From the human T2T-CHM13v2.0 reference genome, Homo sapiens, in assembly GCF_009914755.1 (NCBI RefSeq), contig NC_060925.1: a stretch of 64,000 nt of DNA; one strand, 5' to 3'. Positions 45,883 through 58,909 of the stretch are shown here, in pieces. The stretch's first letter is position 1. Every line of letters begins with the position of its first letter. The notes beneath the pieces were generated by a model. It was given only the letters and a program-made list of their open reading frames with translations, made no database searches and was not told the DNA's origin. The position numbers were made by a program, and so were the translations under genes.

Positions 45883-48273
45883 ATGAAATTGAAATGGATG
45901 GACTCATCATCGAATGGATTCGAATGGAATCATCGAATAAAATTGATTGAAATCATCATCGAATGGAATCGAATGGTATCATTGAATGGAATCGAATGGA
46001 ATCATCATCAGATGGAAATGAATGGAATCGTCATAGAATGGAATCGAATGGATTCATTGAATGGAATCAGATGGAATCATCGAATGGACTGGAATGGAAT
46101 CATTGAATGGACTCGAAAGGGATCATTATTGAATGGAATTGAATGGAATCATCGAATGGTCTCGATTGGAATCATTATCAAATGGAATCGAATGGAATCA
46201 CCGAATAGAATCGAATGGAACAATCATCGAATGGACTCAAATGGAATTATCCTCCAATGGAATCGAATGGAATTATCGAATGCAATCGAATGGAATTATC
46301 GAATGCAATCGAATAGAATCATCGAATGGACTCGAATGGAATCATCGAATGGAATGGAATGGAACAGTCAATGAACGCGAATGGAATCATTATTGAATGG
46401 AATCGAATGGAATCATCGAGTGGAATCGAATGGAATTATGATCAAATGGAATCGAATGTAATCATCATCAAATGGAATCAAAAATAACCATCATCAATTG
46501 GTATTGAATGGAATTGTCATCAAATGGAATTCAAAGGAATCATCATCAAATGGAACCGAATGGAATCCTCATTGAATGGAAATGAAAGGGGTCATCATCT
46601 AATGGAATCGCATGGAATCATCATCAAATGGAATCGAATGGAATCATCATCAAATGGAATCTAATGGAATCATTGAACAGAATTGAATGGAATCGTCATC
46701 GAATGAATTGAATGCAATCATCGAATGGTCTCGAATGGAATCATCTTCTAATGGAAAGGAATGGAATCATCGCATAGAATCGAATGGAATTATCATCGAA
46801 TGGAATCGAATGGTATCAACACCAAACGGAAAAAAACGGAATTATCGAATGGAATCGAAGAGAATCATCGAATGGTCTCGAATGGAATCATCTTCTAATG
46901 GAAAGGAATGGAATCATCGCATAGAATCGAATGGAATTAACATTGAATGGACTCGAATGGAATCAACATCAAATGGAATCAAGCGGAATTATCGAATGAA
47001 ATCGAAGAGAATCATCGAATGGACTCGAATGGAATCATCTAATGGAATGGAATGGAATAATCCACGGACTCGAATGCAATCATCATCGTATAGAATCGAA
47101 TGGAATCATCGAATGGACTCGAATGGAATAATCATTGAACGGAATCGAATGGAATCATCATCGGATGGAAACGAATGGAATCATCATCGAATGGAAATGT
47201 AAGGAGTCATCATCTAATGGAATTGCATGGAATCATCATAAAATGGAATCGAATGGAATCATCATCATATGGAATCAAATGGAATCATTGAACGGAATTG
47301 AATGGAATCGTCATCGAATGAATTGAATGCAATCATCGAATGGTCTCGAATGGAATCATCTTCAAATGGAATGGAATGGCATCATCGCATAGAATTGAAT
47401 GGAATTATCATCGAATGGAATCGAAAGGAATCAACATCAAACGGAAAAAAACGGAATTATCGAATGGAATCGAAGAGAATCGTCGAACGGACCCGAATGG
47501 AATCATCTAATGGAATGGAATGGAATAATCCATGGACTCGAATGCAATCATCATCGAATGGAATCGAATGGAATCATCGAATGGACTCGAATGGAATAAT
47601 CATTGAACGGAATCGAATGGAATCATCATCAGATGGAAACGAATGGAATCATCATCGAATGGAAATGAAAGGAGTCATCATCTAATGGAATTGCATGGAA
47701 TCATCATAAAATGGAATCGAATGGAATCAACATCAAATGGAATCAAATGGAATCATTGAACGGAATTGAATGGAATCGTCATCGAATGAATTGACTGCAA
47801 TCATCGAATGGTCTCGAATGGAATCATCTTCAAATGGAATGAAATGGAATCATCGCATAGAATCGAATGGAATTATCATCGAATGGAATCGAATGGAATC
47901 AACATCAAACGGAAAAAAACGGAATTATCGTATGGAATCGAAGAGAATCATCGAATGGACCCGAATGGAATCATCTAATGGAATGGAATGGAATAATCCA
48001 TGGACTCGAATGCAATCATCATCGCATGGAATCGAATGGAATCATCGAATGGACTCGAATGGAATAATCATTGAACGGAATCGAATGGAATCATCATCGG
48101 ATGGAAATGAATGGAATCATCATCGAATGGAATCGAATAGAATTATGGAATGAAATCCAGTGTGATCATCATCGAATGGACCCGAATGGAATCATCATCC
48201 AACGGAAGCTAATGGAATCAACATCGAATGAATCGAATGGAAACACCATCGAATTGAAACGAATGGAATTATC
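45883..48273 (+). repeat. 2,391-bp expanded unit U27 (+615 bp)
   Basis: Landmark spacing 2,391 = 1,776 + 147 + 468. Subrepeat-type ORF starts at 46687, 47302 and 47770. Confidence 0.93.
46867..47481 (+). repeat. 615-bp inserted segment of diverged HSat2 subrepeat sequence
   Basis: At ~46867 subrepeat A jumps back 147 bp (aatcatcgaatggtctcg at ~46716 and again at ~46863). It then continues through variant-rich sequence and resumes the normal register at ~47482. Confidence 0.85.
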
Positions 48274-51200
48274 ATGAAATTGAAATGGATGGACTCATCA
48301 TCGAATGGATTCGAATGGAATCATCGAATAAAATTGATTGAAATCATCATCGAATGGAATCGAATGGTATCATTGAATGGAATCGAATGGAATCATCATC
48401 AGATGGAAATGAATGGAATCGTCATAGAATGGAATCGAATGGATTCATTGAATGGAATCAGATGGAATCATCGAATGGACTGGAATGGAATCATTGAATG
48501 GACTCGAAAGGGATCATTATTGAATGGAATTGAATGGAATCATCGAATGGTCTCGATTGGAATCATTATCAAATGGAATCGAATGGAATCACCGAATAGA
48601 ATGGAATGGAACAATCATCGAATGGACTCAAATGGAATTATCCTCCAATGGAATCGAATGGAATTATCGAATGCAATCGAATGGAATTATCGAATGCAAT
48701 CGAATAGAATCATCGGATGGACTCGAATGGAATCATCGCATGGAATGGAATGGAACAGTCAATGTACTCGAATGGAATCATCATTGAATGGAATCGAATG
48801 TAATCATCGAGTGGAATCGAATGGAATTATGATCAAATGGAATCGAATGTAATCATCATCAAATGGAATCAAAAATAACCATCATCAATTGGTATTGAAT
48901 GGAATTGTCATCAAATGGAATTCAAAGGAATCATCATCAAATGGAACCGAATGGAATCCTCATTGAATGGAAATGAAAGGGGTCATCATCTAATGGAATC
49001 GCATGGAATCATCATCAAATGGAATCGAATGGAATCATCATCAAATGGAATCTAATGGAATCATTGAACAGAATTGAATGGAATCGTCATCGAATGAATT
49101 GAATGCAATCATCGAATGGTCTCGAATGGAATCATCTTCTAATGGAAAGGAATGGAATCATCGCATAGAATCGAATGGAATTATCATCGAATGGAATCGA
49201 ATGGTATCAACACCAAACGGAAAAAAACGGAATTATCGAATGGAATCGAAGAGAATCTTCGAACGGACCCGAATGGAATCATCTAATGGAATGGAATGGA
49301 ATAATCCATGGACTCGAATGCAATCATCATCGAATGGAATCGAATGGAATCATCGAATGGACTCGAATGGAATAATCATTGAACGGAATCGAATGGAATC
49401 ATCATCGGATGGAAACGAATGGAATCATCATCGAATGGAAATGAAAGGAGTCATCATCTAATGGAATTGCATGGAATCATCATAAAATGGAATCGAATGG
49501 AATCAACATCAAATGGAATCAAATGGAATCATTGAACGGAATTGAATGGAATCGTCATCGAATGAATTGACTGCAATCATCCAATGGTCTCGAATGGAAT
49601 CATCTTCAAATGGAATGGAATGGAATCATCGCATATAATCGAATGGAATTATCATCGAATGGAATCGAATGGAATCAACATCAAACGGAAAAAAACGGAA
49701 TTATCGAATGGAATCGAAGAGAATCATCGAATGGACCCGAATGGAATCATCTAATGGAATGGAATGGAATAATCCATGGACTCGAATGCAATCATCATCG
49801 AATGGAATCGAATGGAATCATCGAATGGACTCGAATGGAATAATCATTGAACGGAATCGAATGGAATCATCATCGGATGGAAATGAATGGAATCATCATC
49901 GAATGGAATCGAATAGAATTATGGAATGAAATCCAGTGTGATCATCATCGAATGGACCCGAATGGAATCATCATCCAACGGAAGCTAATGGAATCAACAT
50001 CGAATGAATCGAATGGAAACACCATCGAATTGAAACGAATGGAATTATCATGAAATTGAAATGGATGGACTCATCATCGAATGGATTCGAATGGAATCAT
50101 CGAATAAAATTGATTGAAATCATCATCGAATGGAATCGAATGGTATCATTGAATGGAATCGAATGGAATCATCATCAGATGGAAATGAATGGAATCGTCA
50201 TAGAATGGAATCGAATGGATTCATTGAATGGAATCAGATGGAATCATCGAATGGACTGGAATGGAATCATTGAATGGACTCGAAAGGGATCATGATTGAA
50301 TGGAATTGAATGGAATCATCGAATGGTCTCGATTGGAATCATTATCAAATGGAATCGAATGGAATCACCGAATAGAATCGAATGGAACAATCATCGAATG
50401 GACTCAAATGGAATTATCCTCAAATGGAATCGAATGGAATTATCGAATGCAATCGAATGGAATTTTCGAATGCAATCGAATAGAATCATCGAATGGACTC
50501 GAATGGAATCATCGAATGGAATGGAATGGAACAGTCAATGAACACGAATGGAATCATCATTGAATGGAATCGAATGGAATCATCGAGTGGAATCGAATGG
50601 AATTATGATCAAATGGAATCGAATGTAATCATCATCAAATGGAATCAAAAATAACCATCATCAATTGGTATTGAATGGAATTGTCATCAAATGGAATTCA
50701 AAGGAATCATCATCAAATGGAACCGAATGGAATCCTCATTGAATGGAAATGAAAGGGGTCATCATCTAATGGAATCGCATGGAATCATCACCAAATGGAA
50801 TCGAATGGAATCATCATCAAATGGAATCTAATGGAATCATTGAACAGAATTGAATGGAATCGTCATCAAATGAATTGAATGCAATCATCGAATGGTCTCG
50901 AATGGAATCATCTTCTAATGGAAAGGAATGGAATCATCGCATAGAATCGAATGGAATTATCATCGAATGGAATCGAATGGTATCAACACCAAACGGAAAA
51001 AAACGGAATTATCGAATGGAATCGAAGAGAATCTTCGAACGGACCCGAATGGAATCATCTAATGGAATGGAATGGAATAATCCATGGACTCGAATGCAAT
51101 CATCATCGAATGGAATCGAATGGAATCATCGAATGGACTCGAATGGAATAATCATTGAACGGAATCGAATGGAATCATCATCGGATGGAAACGAATGGAA

Positions 51201-54200
51201 TCATCATCGAATGGAAATGAAAGGAGTCATCATCTAATGCAATTGCATGGAATCATCATCAAATGGAATCGAATGGAATCAACATCAAATGGAATCTAAT
51301 GGAATCATTGAACAGAATTGAATGGAATCGTCATCGAATGAATTGACTGCAATCATCGAATGGTCTCGAATGGAATCATCTTCAAATGGAATGGAATGGA
51401 ATCATCGCATAGAATCGAATGGAATTATCATCGAATGGAATCGAATGGAATCAACATCAAACGGAAAAAAACGGAATTATCGAATGGAATCGAAGAGAAT
51501 CATCGAATGGACCCGAATGGAATCATCTAATGGAATGGAATGGAATAATCCATGGACTCGAATGCAATCATCATCGAATGGAATCGAATGGAATCATCGA
51601 ATGGACTCGAATGGAATAATCATTGAACGGAATCGAATGGAATCATCATCAGATGGAAATGAATGGAATCATCATCGAATGGAATCGAATAGAATTATGG
51701 AATGAAATCCAGTGTGATCATCATCGAATGGACCCGAATGGAATCATCATCCAACGGAAGCTAATGGAATCAACATCGAATGAATCAAATGGAAACACCA
51801 TCGAATTGAAACGAATGGAATTATCATGAAATTGAAATGGATGGACTCATCATCGAATGGATTCGAATGGAATCATCGAATAAAATTGATTGAAATCATC
51901 ATCGAATGGAATCGAATGGTATCATTGAATGGAATCGAATGGAATCATCATCAGATGGAAATGAATGGAATCGTCATAGAATGGAATCGAATGGATTCAT
52001 TGAATGGAATCAGATGGAATCATCGAATGGACTGGAATGGAATCATTGAATGGACTCAAAAGGGATCATGATTGAATGGAATTGAATGGAATCATCGAAT
52101 GGTCTCGATTGGAATCATTATCAAATGGAATCGAATGGAATCACCGAATAGAATCGAATGGAACAATCATCGAATGGACTCAAATGGAATTATCCTCCAA
52201 TGGAATCGAATGGAATTATCGAATGCAATCGAATGGAATTATCGAATGCAATCGAATAGAATGGTCGAATGGACTCGAATGGAATCATCGAATGGAATGG
52301 AATGGAACAGTCAATGAACTCGAATGGAATCATCATTGAATGGAATCGAATGGAATCATCGAGTGGAATCGAATGGAATTATGATCAAATGGAATCGAAT
52401 GTAATCATCATCAAATGGAATCAAAAATAACCATCATCAATTGGTATTGAATGGAATTGTCATCAAATGGAATTCAAAGGAATCATCATCAAATGGAACC
52501 GAATGGAATCCTCATTGAATGGAAATGAAAGGGGTCATCATCTAATGGAATCGCATGGAATCATCATCAAATGGAATCGAATGGAATCATCATCAAATGG
52601 AATCTAATGGAATCATTGAACAGAATTGAATGGAATCGTCATCGAATGAATTGAATGCAATCATCGAATGGTCTCGAATGGAATCATCTTCTAATGGAAA
52701 GGAATGGAATCATCGCATAGAATCGAATGGAATTATCATCGAATGGAATCGAATGGTATCAACACCAAACGGAAAAAAACGGAATTATCGAATGGAATCG
52801 AAGAGAATCTTCGAACGGACCCGAATGGAATCATCTAATGGAATGCAATGGAATAATCCATGGACTCGAATGCAATCATCATCGAATGGAATCGAATGGA
52901 ATCATCGAATGGACTCGAATGGAATAATCATTGAACGGAATCGAATGGAATCATCATCGGATGGAAACGAATGGAATCATCATCGAATGGAAATGAAAGG
53001 AGTCATCATCTAATGCAATTGCATGGAATCATCATCAAATGGAATCGAATGGAATCAACATCAAATGGAATCAAATGGAATCATTGAACGGAATTGAATG
53101 GAATCGTCATCGAATGAATTGACTGCAATCATCCAATGGTCTCGAATGGAATCATCTTCAAATGGAATGGAATGGAATCATCGCATAGAATCGAATGGAA
53201 TTATCATCGAATGGAATCGAATGGAATCAACATCCAACGGAAAAAAACGGAATTATCGAATGGAATCGAAGAGAATCATCGAATGGACCCGAATGGAATC
53301 ATCTAATGGAATGGAATGGAATAATCCATGGACTCGAATGCAATCATCATCGAATGGAATCGAATGGAATCATCGAATGGACTCGAATGGAATAATCATT
53401 GAACGGAATCGAATGGAATCATCATCGGATGGAAATGAATGGAATCATCATCGAATGGAATCGAATAGAATTATGGAATGAAATCCAGTGTGATCATCAT
53501 CGAATGGACCCGAATGGAATCATCATCCAACGGAAGCTAATGGAATCAACATCGAATGAATCGAATGGAAACACCATCGAATTGAAACGAATGGAATTAT
53601 CATGAAATTGAAATGGATGGACTCATCATCGAATGGATTCGAATGGAATCATGGAATAAAATTGATGGAAATCATCATCCAATGGAATCGAATGGTATCA
53701 TTGAATGGAATCGAATGGAATCATCATCAGATGGAAATGAATGGAATCGTCATAGAATGGAATCGAATGGATTCATTGAATGGAATCAGATGGAATCATC
53801 GAATGGACTGGAATGGAATCATTGAATGGACTCGAAAGGGATCATGATTGAATGGAATTGAATGGAATCATCGAATGGTCTCGATTGGAATCATTATCAA
53901 ATGGAATCGAATGGAATCACCGAATAGAATCGAATGGAACAATCATCGAATGGACTCAAATGGAATTATCCTCCAATGGAATGGAATGGAATTATCGAAT
54001 GCAATCGAATGGAATTATCGAATGCAATCGAATAGAATCATCGAATGGACTCGAATGGAATCATCGAATGGAATGGAATGGAACAGTCAATGAACTCGAA
54101 TGGAATCATCATTGAATGGAATCGAATGGAATCATCGAGTGGAATCGAATGGAATTATGATCAAATGGAATCGAATGTAATCATCATCAAATGGAATCAA

Positions 54201-57200
54201 AAATAACCATCATCAATTGGTATTGAATGGAATTGTCATCAAATGGAATTCAAAGGAATCATCATCAAATGGAACCGAATGGAATCCTCATTGAATGGAA
54301 ATGAAAGGGGTCATCATCTAATGGAATCGCATGGAATCATCATCAAATGGAATCGAATGGAATCATCATCAAATGGAATCTAATGGAATCATTGAACAGA
54401 ATTGAATGGAATCGTCATCGAATGAATTGAATGCAATCATCGAATGGTCTCGAATGGAATCATCTTCTAATGGAAAGGAATGGAATCATCGCATAGAATC
54501 GAATGGAATTATCATCGAATGGAATCGAATGGTATCAACACCAAACGGAAAAAAACGGAATTATCGAATGGAATCGAAGAGAATCTTCGAACGGACCCGA
54601 ATGGAATCATCTAATGGAATGGAATGGAATAATCCATGGACTCGAATGCAATCATCATCGAATGGAATCGAATGGAATCATCGAATGGACTCGAATGGAA
54701 TAATCATTGAACGGAATCGATTGGAATCATCATCGGATGGAAACGAATGGAATCATCATCGAATGGAAATGAAAGGAGTCATCATCTAATGGAATTGCAT
54801 GGAATCATCATAAAATGGAATCGAATGGAATCAACATCAAATGGAATCAAATGGAATCATTGAACGGAATTGAATGGAATCGTCATCGAATGAATTGACT
54901 GCAATCATCCAATGGTCTCGAATGGAATCATCTTCAAATGGAATGGAATGGAATCATCGCATAGAATCGAATGGAATTATCATCGAATGGAATCGAATGG
55001 AATCAACATCCAACGGAAAAAAACGGAATTATCGAATGGAATCGAAGAGAATCATCGAATGGACCCGAATGGAATCATCTAATGGAATGGAATGGAATAA
55101 TCCATGGACTCGAATGCAATCATCATCGAATGGAATCGAATGGAATCATCGAATGGACTCGAATGGAATAATCATTGAACGGAATCGAATGGAATCATCA
55201 TCGGATGGAAATGAATGGAATCATCATCGAATGGAATCGAATAGAATTATGGAATGAAATCCAGTGTGATCATCATCGAATGGACCCGAATGGAATCATC
55301 ATCCAACGGAAGCTAATGGAATCAACATCGAATGAATCGAATGGAAACACCATCGAATTGAAACGAATGGAATTATCATGAAATTGAAATGGATGGACTC
55401 ATCATCGAATGGATTCGAATGGAATCATCGAATAAAATTGATTGAAATCATCATCCAATGGAATCGAATGGTATCATTGAATGGAATCGAATGGAATCAT
55501 CATCAGATGGAAATGAATGGAATCGTCATAGAATGGAATCGAATGGATTCATTGAATGGAATCAGATGGAATCATCGAATGGACTGGAATGGAATCATTG
55601 AATGGACTCGAAAGGGATCATGATTGAATGGAATTGAATGGAATCATCGAATGGTCTCGATTGGAATCATTATCAAATGGAATCGAATGGAATCACCGAA
55701 TAGAATCGAATGGAACAATCATCGAATGGACTCAAATGGAATTATCCTCAAATGGAATCGAATGGAATTATCGAATGCAATCGAATGGAATTATCGAATG
55801 CAATCGAATAGAATCATCGAATGGACTCGAATGGAATCATCGAATGGAATGGAATGGAACAGTCAATGAACACGAATGGAATCATCATTGAATGGAATCG
55901 AATGGAATCATCGAGTGGAATCGAATGGAATTATGATCAAATGGAATCGAATGTAATCATCATCAAATGGAATCAAAAATAACCATCATCAATTGGTATT
56001 GAATGGAATTGTCATCAAATGGAATTCAAAGGAATCATCATCAAATGGAACCGAATGGAATCCTCATTGAATGGAAATGAAAGGGGTCATCATCTAATGG
56101 AATCGCATGGAATCATCACCAAATGGAATCGAATGGAATCATCATCAAATGGAATCTAATGGAATCATTGAACAGAATTGAATGGAATCGTCATCAAATG
56201 AATTGAATGCAATCATCGAATGGTCTCGAATGGAATCATCTTCTAATGGAAAGGAATGGAATCATCGCATAGAATCGAATGGAATTATCATCGAATGGAA
56301 TCGAATGGTATCAACACCAAACGGAAAAAAACGGAATTATCGAATGGAATCGAAGAGAATCTTCGAACGGACCCGAATGGAATCATCTAATGGAATGGAA
56401 TGGAATAATCCATGGACTCGAATGCAATCATCATCGAATGGAATCGAATGGAATCATCGAATGGACTCGAATGGAATAATCATTGAACGGAATCGAATGG
56501 AATCATCATCGGATGGAAACGAATGGAATCATCATCGAATGGAAATGAAAGGAGTCATCTTCTAATGCAATTGCATGGAATCATCATCAAATGGAATCGA
56601 ATGGAATCAACATCAAATGGAATCTAATGGAATCATTGAACAGAATTGAATGGAATCGTCATCGAATGAATTGACTGCAATCATCGAATGGTCTCGAATG
56701 GAATCATCTTCAAATGGAATGGAATGGAATCATCGCATAGAATCGAATGGAATTATCATCGAATGGAATCGAATGGAATCAACATCAAACGGAAAAAAAC
56801 GGAATTATCGAATGGAATCGAAGAGAATCATCGAATGGACCCGAATGGAATCATCTAATGGAATGGAATGGAATAATCCATGGACTCGAATGCAATCATC
56901 ATCGAATGGAATCGAATGGAATCATCGAATGGACTCGAATGGAATAATCATTGAACGGAATCGAATGGAATCATCATCGGATGGAAATGAATGGAATCAT
57001 CATCGAATGGAATCGAATAGAATTATGGAATGAAATCCAGTGTGATCATCATCGAATGGACCCGAATGGAATCATCATCCAACGGAAGCTAATGGAATCA
57101 ACATCGAATGAATCGAATGGAAACACCATCGAATTGAAACGAATGGAATTATCATGAAATTGAAATGGATGGACTCATCATCGAATGGATTCGAATGGAA

Positions 57201-58909
57201 TCATCGAATAAAATTGATTGAAATCATCATCGAATGGAATCGAATGGTATCATTGAATGGAATCGAATGGAATCATCATCAGATGGAAATGAATGGAATC
57301 GTCATAGAATGGAATCGAATGGATTCATTGAATGGAATCAGATGGAATCATCGAATGGACTGGAATGGAATCATTGAATGGACTCGAAAGGGATCATGAT
57401 TGAATGGAATTGAATGGAATCATCGAATGGTCTCGATTGGAATCATTATCAAATGGAATCGAATGGAATCACCGAATAGAATCGAATGGAACAATCATCG
57501 AATGGACTCAAATGGAATTATCCTCAAATGGAATCGAATGGAATTATCGAATGCAATCGAATGGAATTATCGAGTGGAATCGAATAGAATCATCGAATGG
57601 ACTCGAATGGAATCATCGAATGGAATGGAATGGAACAGTCAATGAACTCGAATGGAATCATCATTGAATGGAATCGAATGGAATCATCGAGTGGAATCGA
57701 ACGGAATTATGATCAAATGGAATCGAATGTAATCATCATCAAATGGAATCAAAAATAACCATCATCAATTGGTATTGAATGGAATTGTCATCAAATGGAA
57801 TTCAAAGGAATCATCATCAAATGGAACCGAATGGAATCCTCATTGAATGGAAATGAAAGGGGTCATCATCTAATGGAATCGCATGGAATCATCATCAAAT
57901 GGAATCGAATGGAATCATCATCAAATGGAATCTAATGGAATCATTGAACAGAATTGAATGGAATCGTCATCGAATGAATTGAATGCAATCATCGAATGGT
58001 CTCGAATGGAATCATCTTCTAATGGAAAGGAATGGAATCATCGCATAGAATCGAATGGAATTATCATCGAATGGAATCGAATGGTATCAACACCAAACGG
58101 AAAAAAACGGAATTATCAAATGGAATCGAAGAGAATCTTCGAACGGACCCGAATGGAATCATCTAATGGAATGGAATGGAATAATCCATGGACTCGAATG
58201 CAATCATCATCGAATGGAATCGAATGGAATCATCGAATGGACTCGAATGGAATAATCATTGAACGGAATCGAATGGAATCATCATCGGATGGAAACGAAT
58301 GGAATCATCATCGAATGGAAATGAAAGGAGTCATCATCTAATGGAATTGCATGGAATCATCATAAAATGGAATCGAATGGATTCAACATCAAATGGAATC
58401 AAATGGAATCATGGAACGGAATTGAATGGAATCGTCATCGAATGAATTGACTGCAATCATCCAATGGTCTCGAATGGAATCATCTTCAAATGGAATGGAA
58501 TGGAATCATCGCATAGAATCGAATGGAATTATCATCGAATGGAATCGAATGGAATCAACATCCAACGGAAAAAAACGGAATTATCGAATGGAATCGAAGA
58601 GAATCATCGAATGGACCCGAATGGAATCATCTAATGGAATGGAATGGAATAATCCATGGACTCGAATGCAATCATCATCGAATGGAATCGAATGGAATCA
58701 TCGAGTGGACTCGAATGGAATAATCATTGAACGGAATCGAATTTAATCATCATCGGATGGAAATGAATGGAATCATCATCGAATGGAATCGAATAGAATT
58801 ATGGAATGAAATCCAGTGTGATCATCATCGAATGGACCCGAATGGAATCATCATCCAACGGAAGCTAAAGGAATCAACATCGAATGAATCAAATGGAAAC
58901 ATCATCGAA

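Noticed and set aside
48274-48852. Longest ORF (192 aa), and the 163-171 aa ORFs
   Set aside because: The extra length comes from chance loss of TGA codons (catGatt to catTatt, aatgAa to aatgTa) or from the in-frame 147-bp jump. This is not evidence of coding function.
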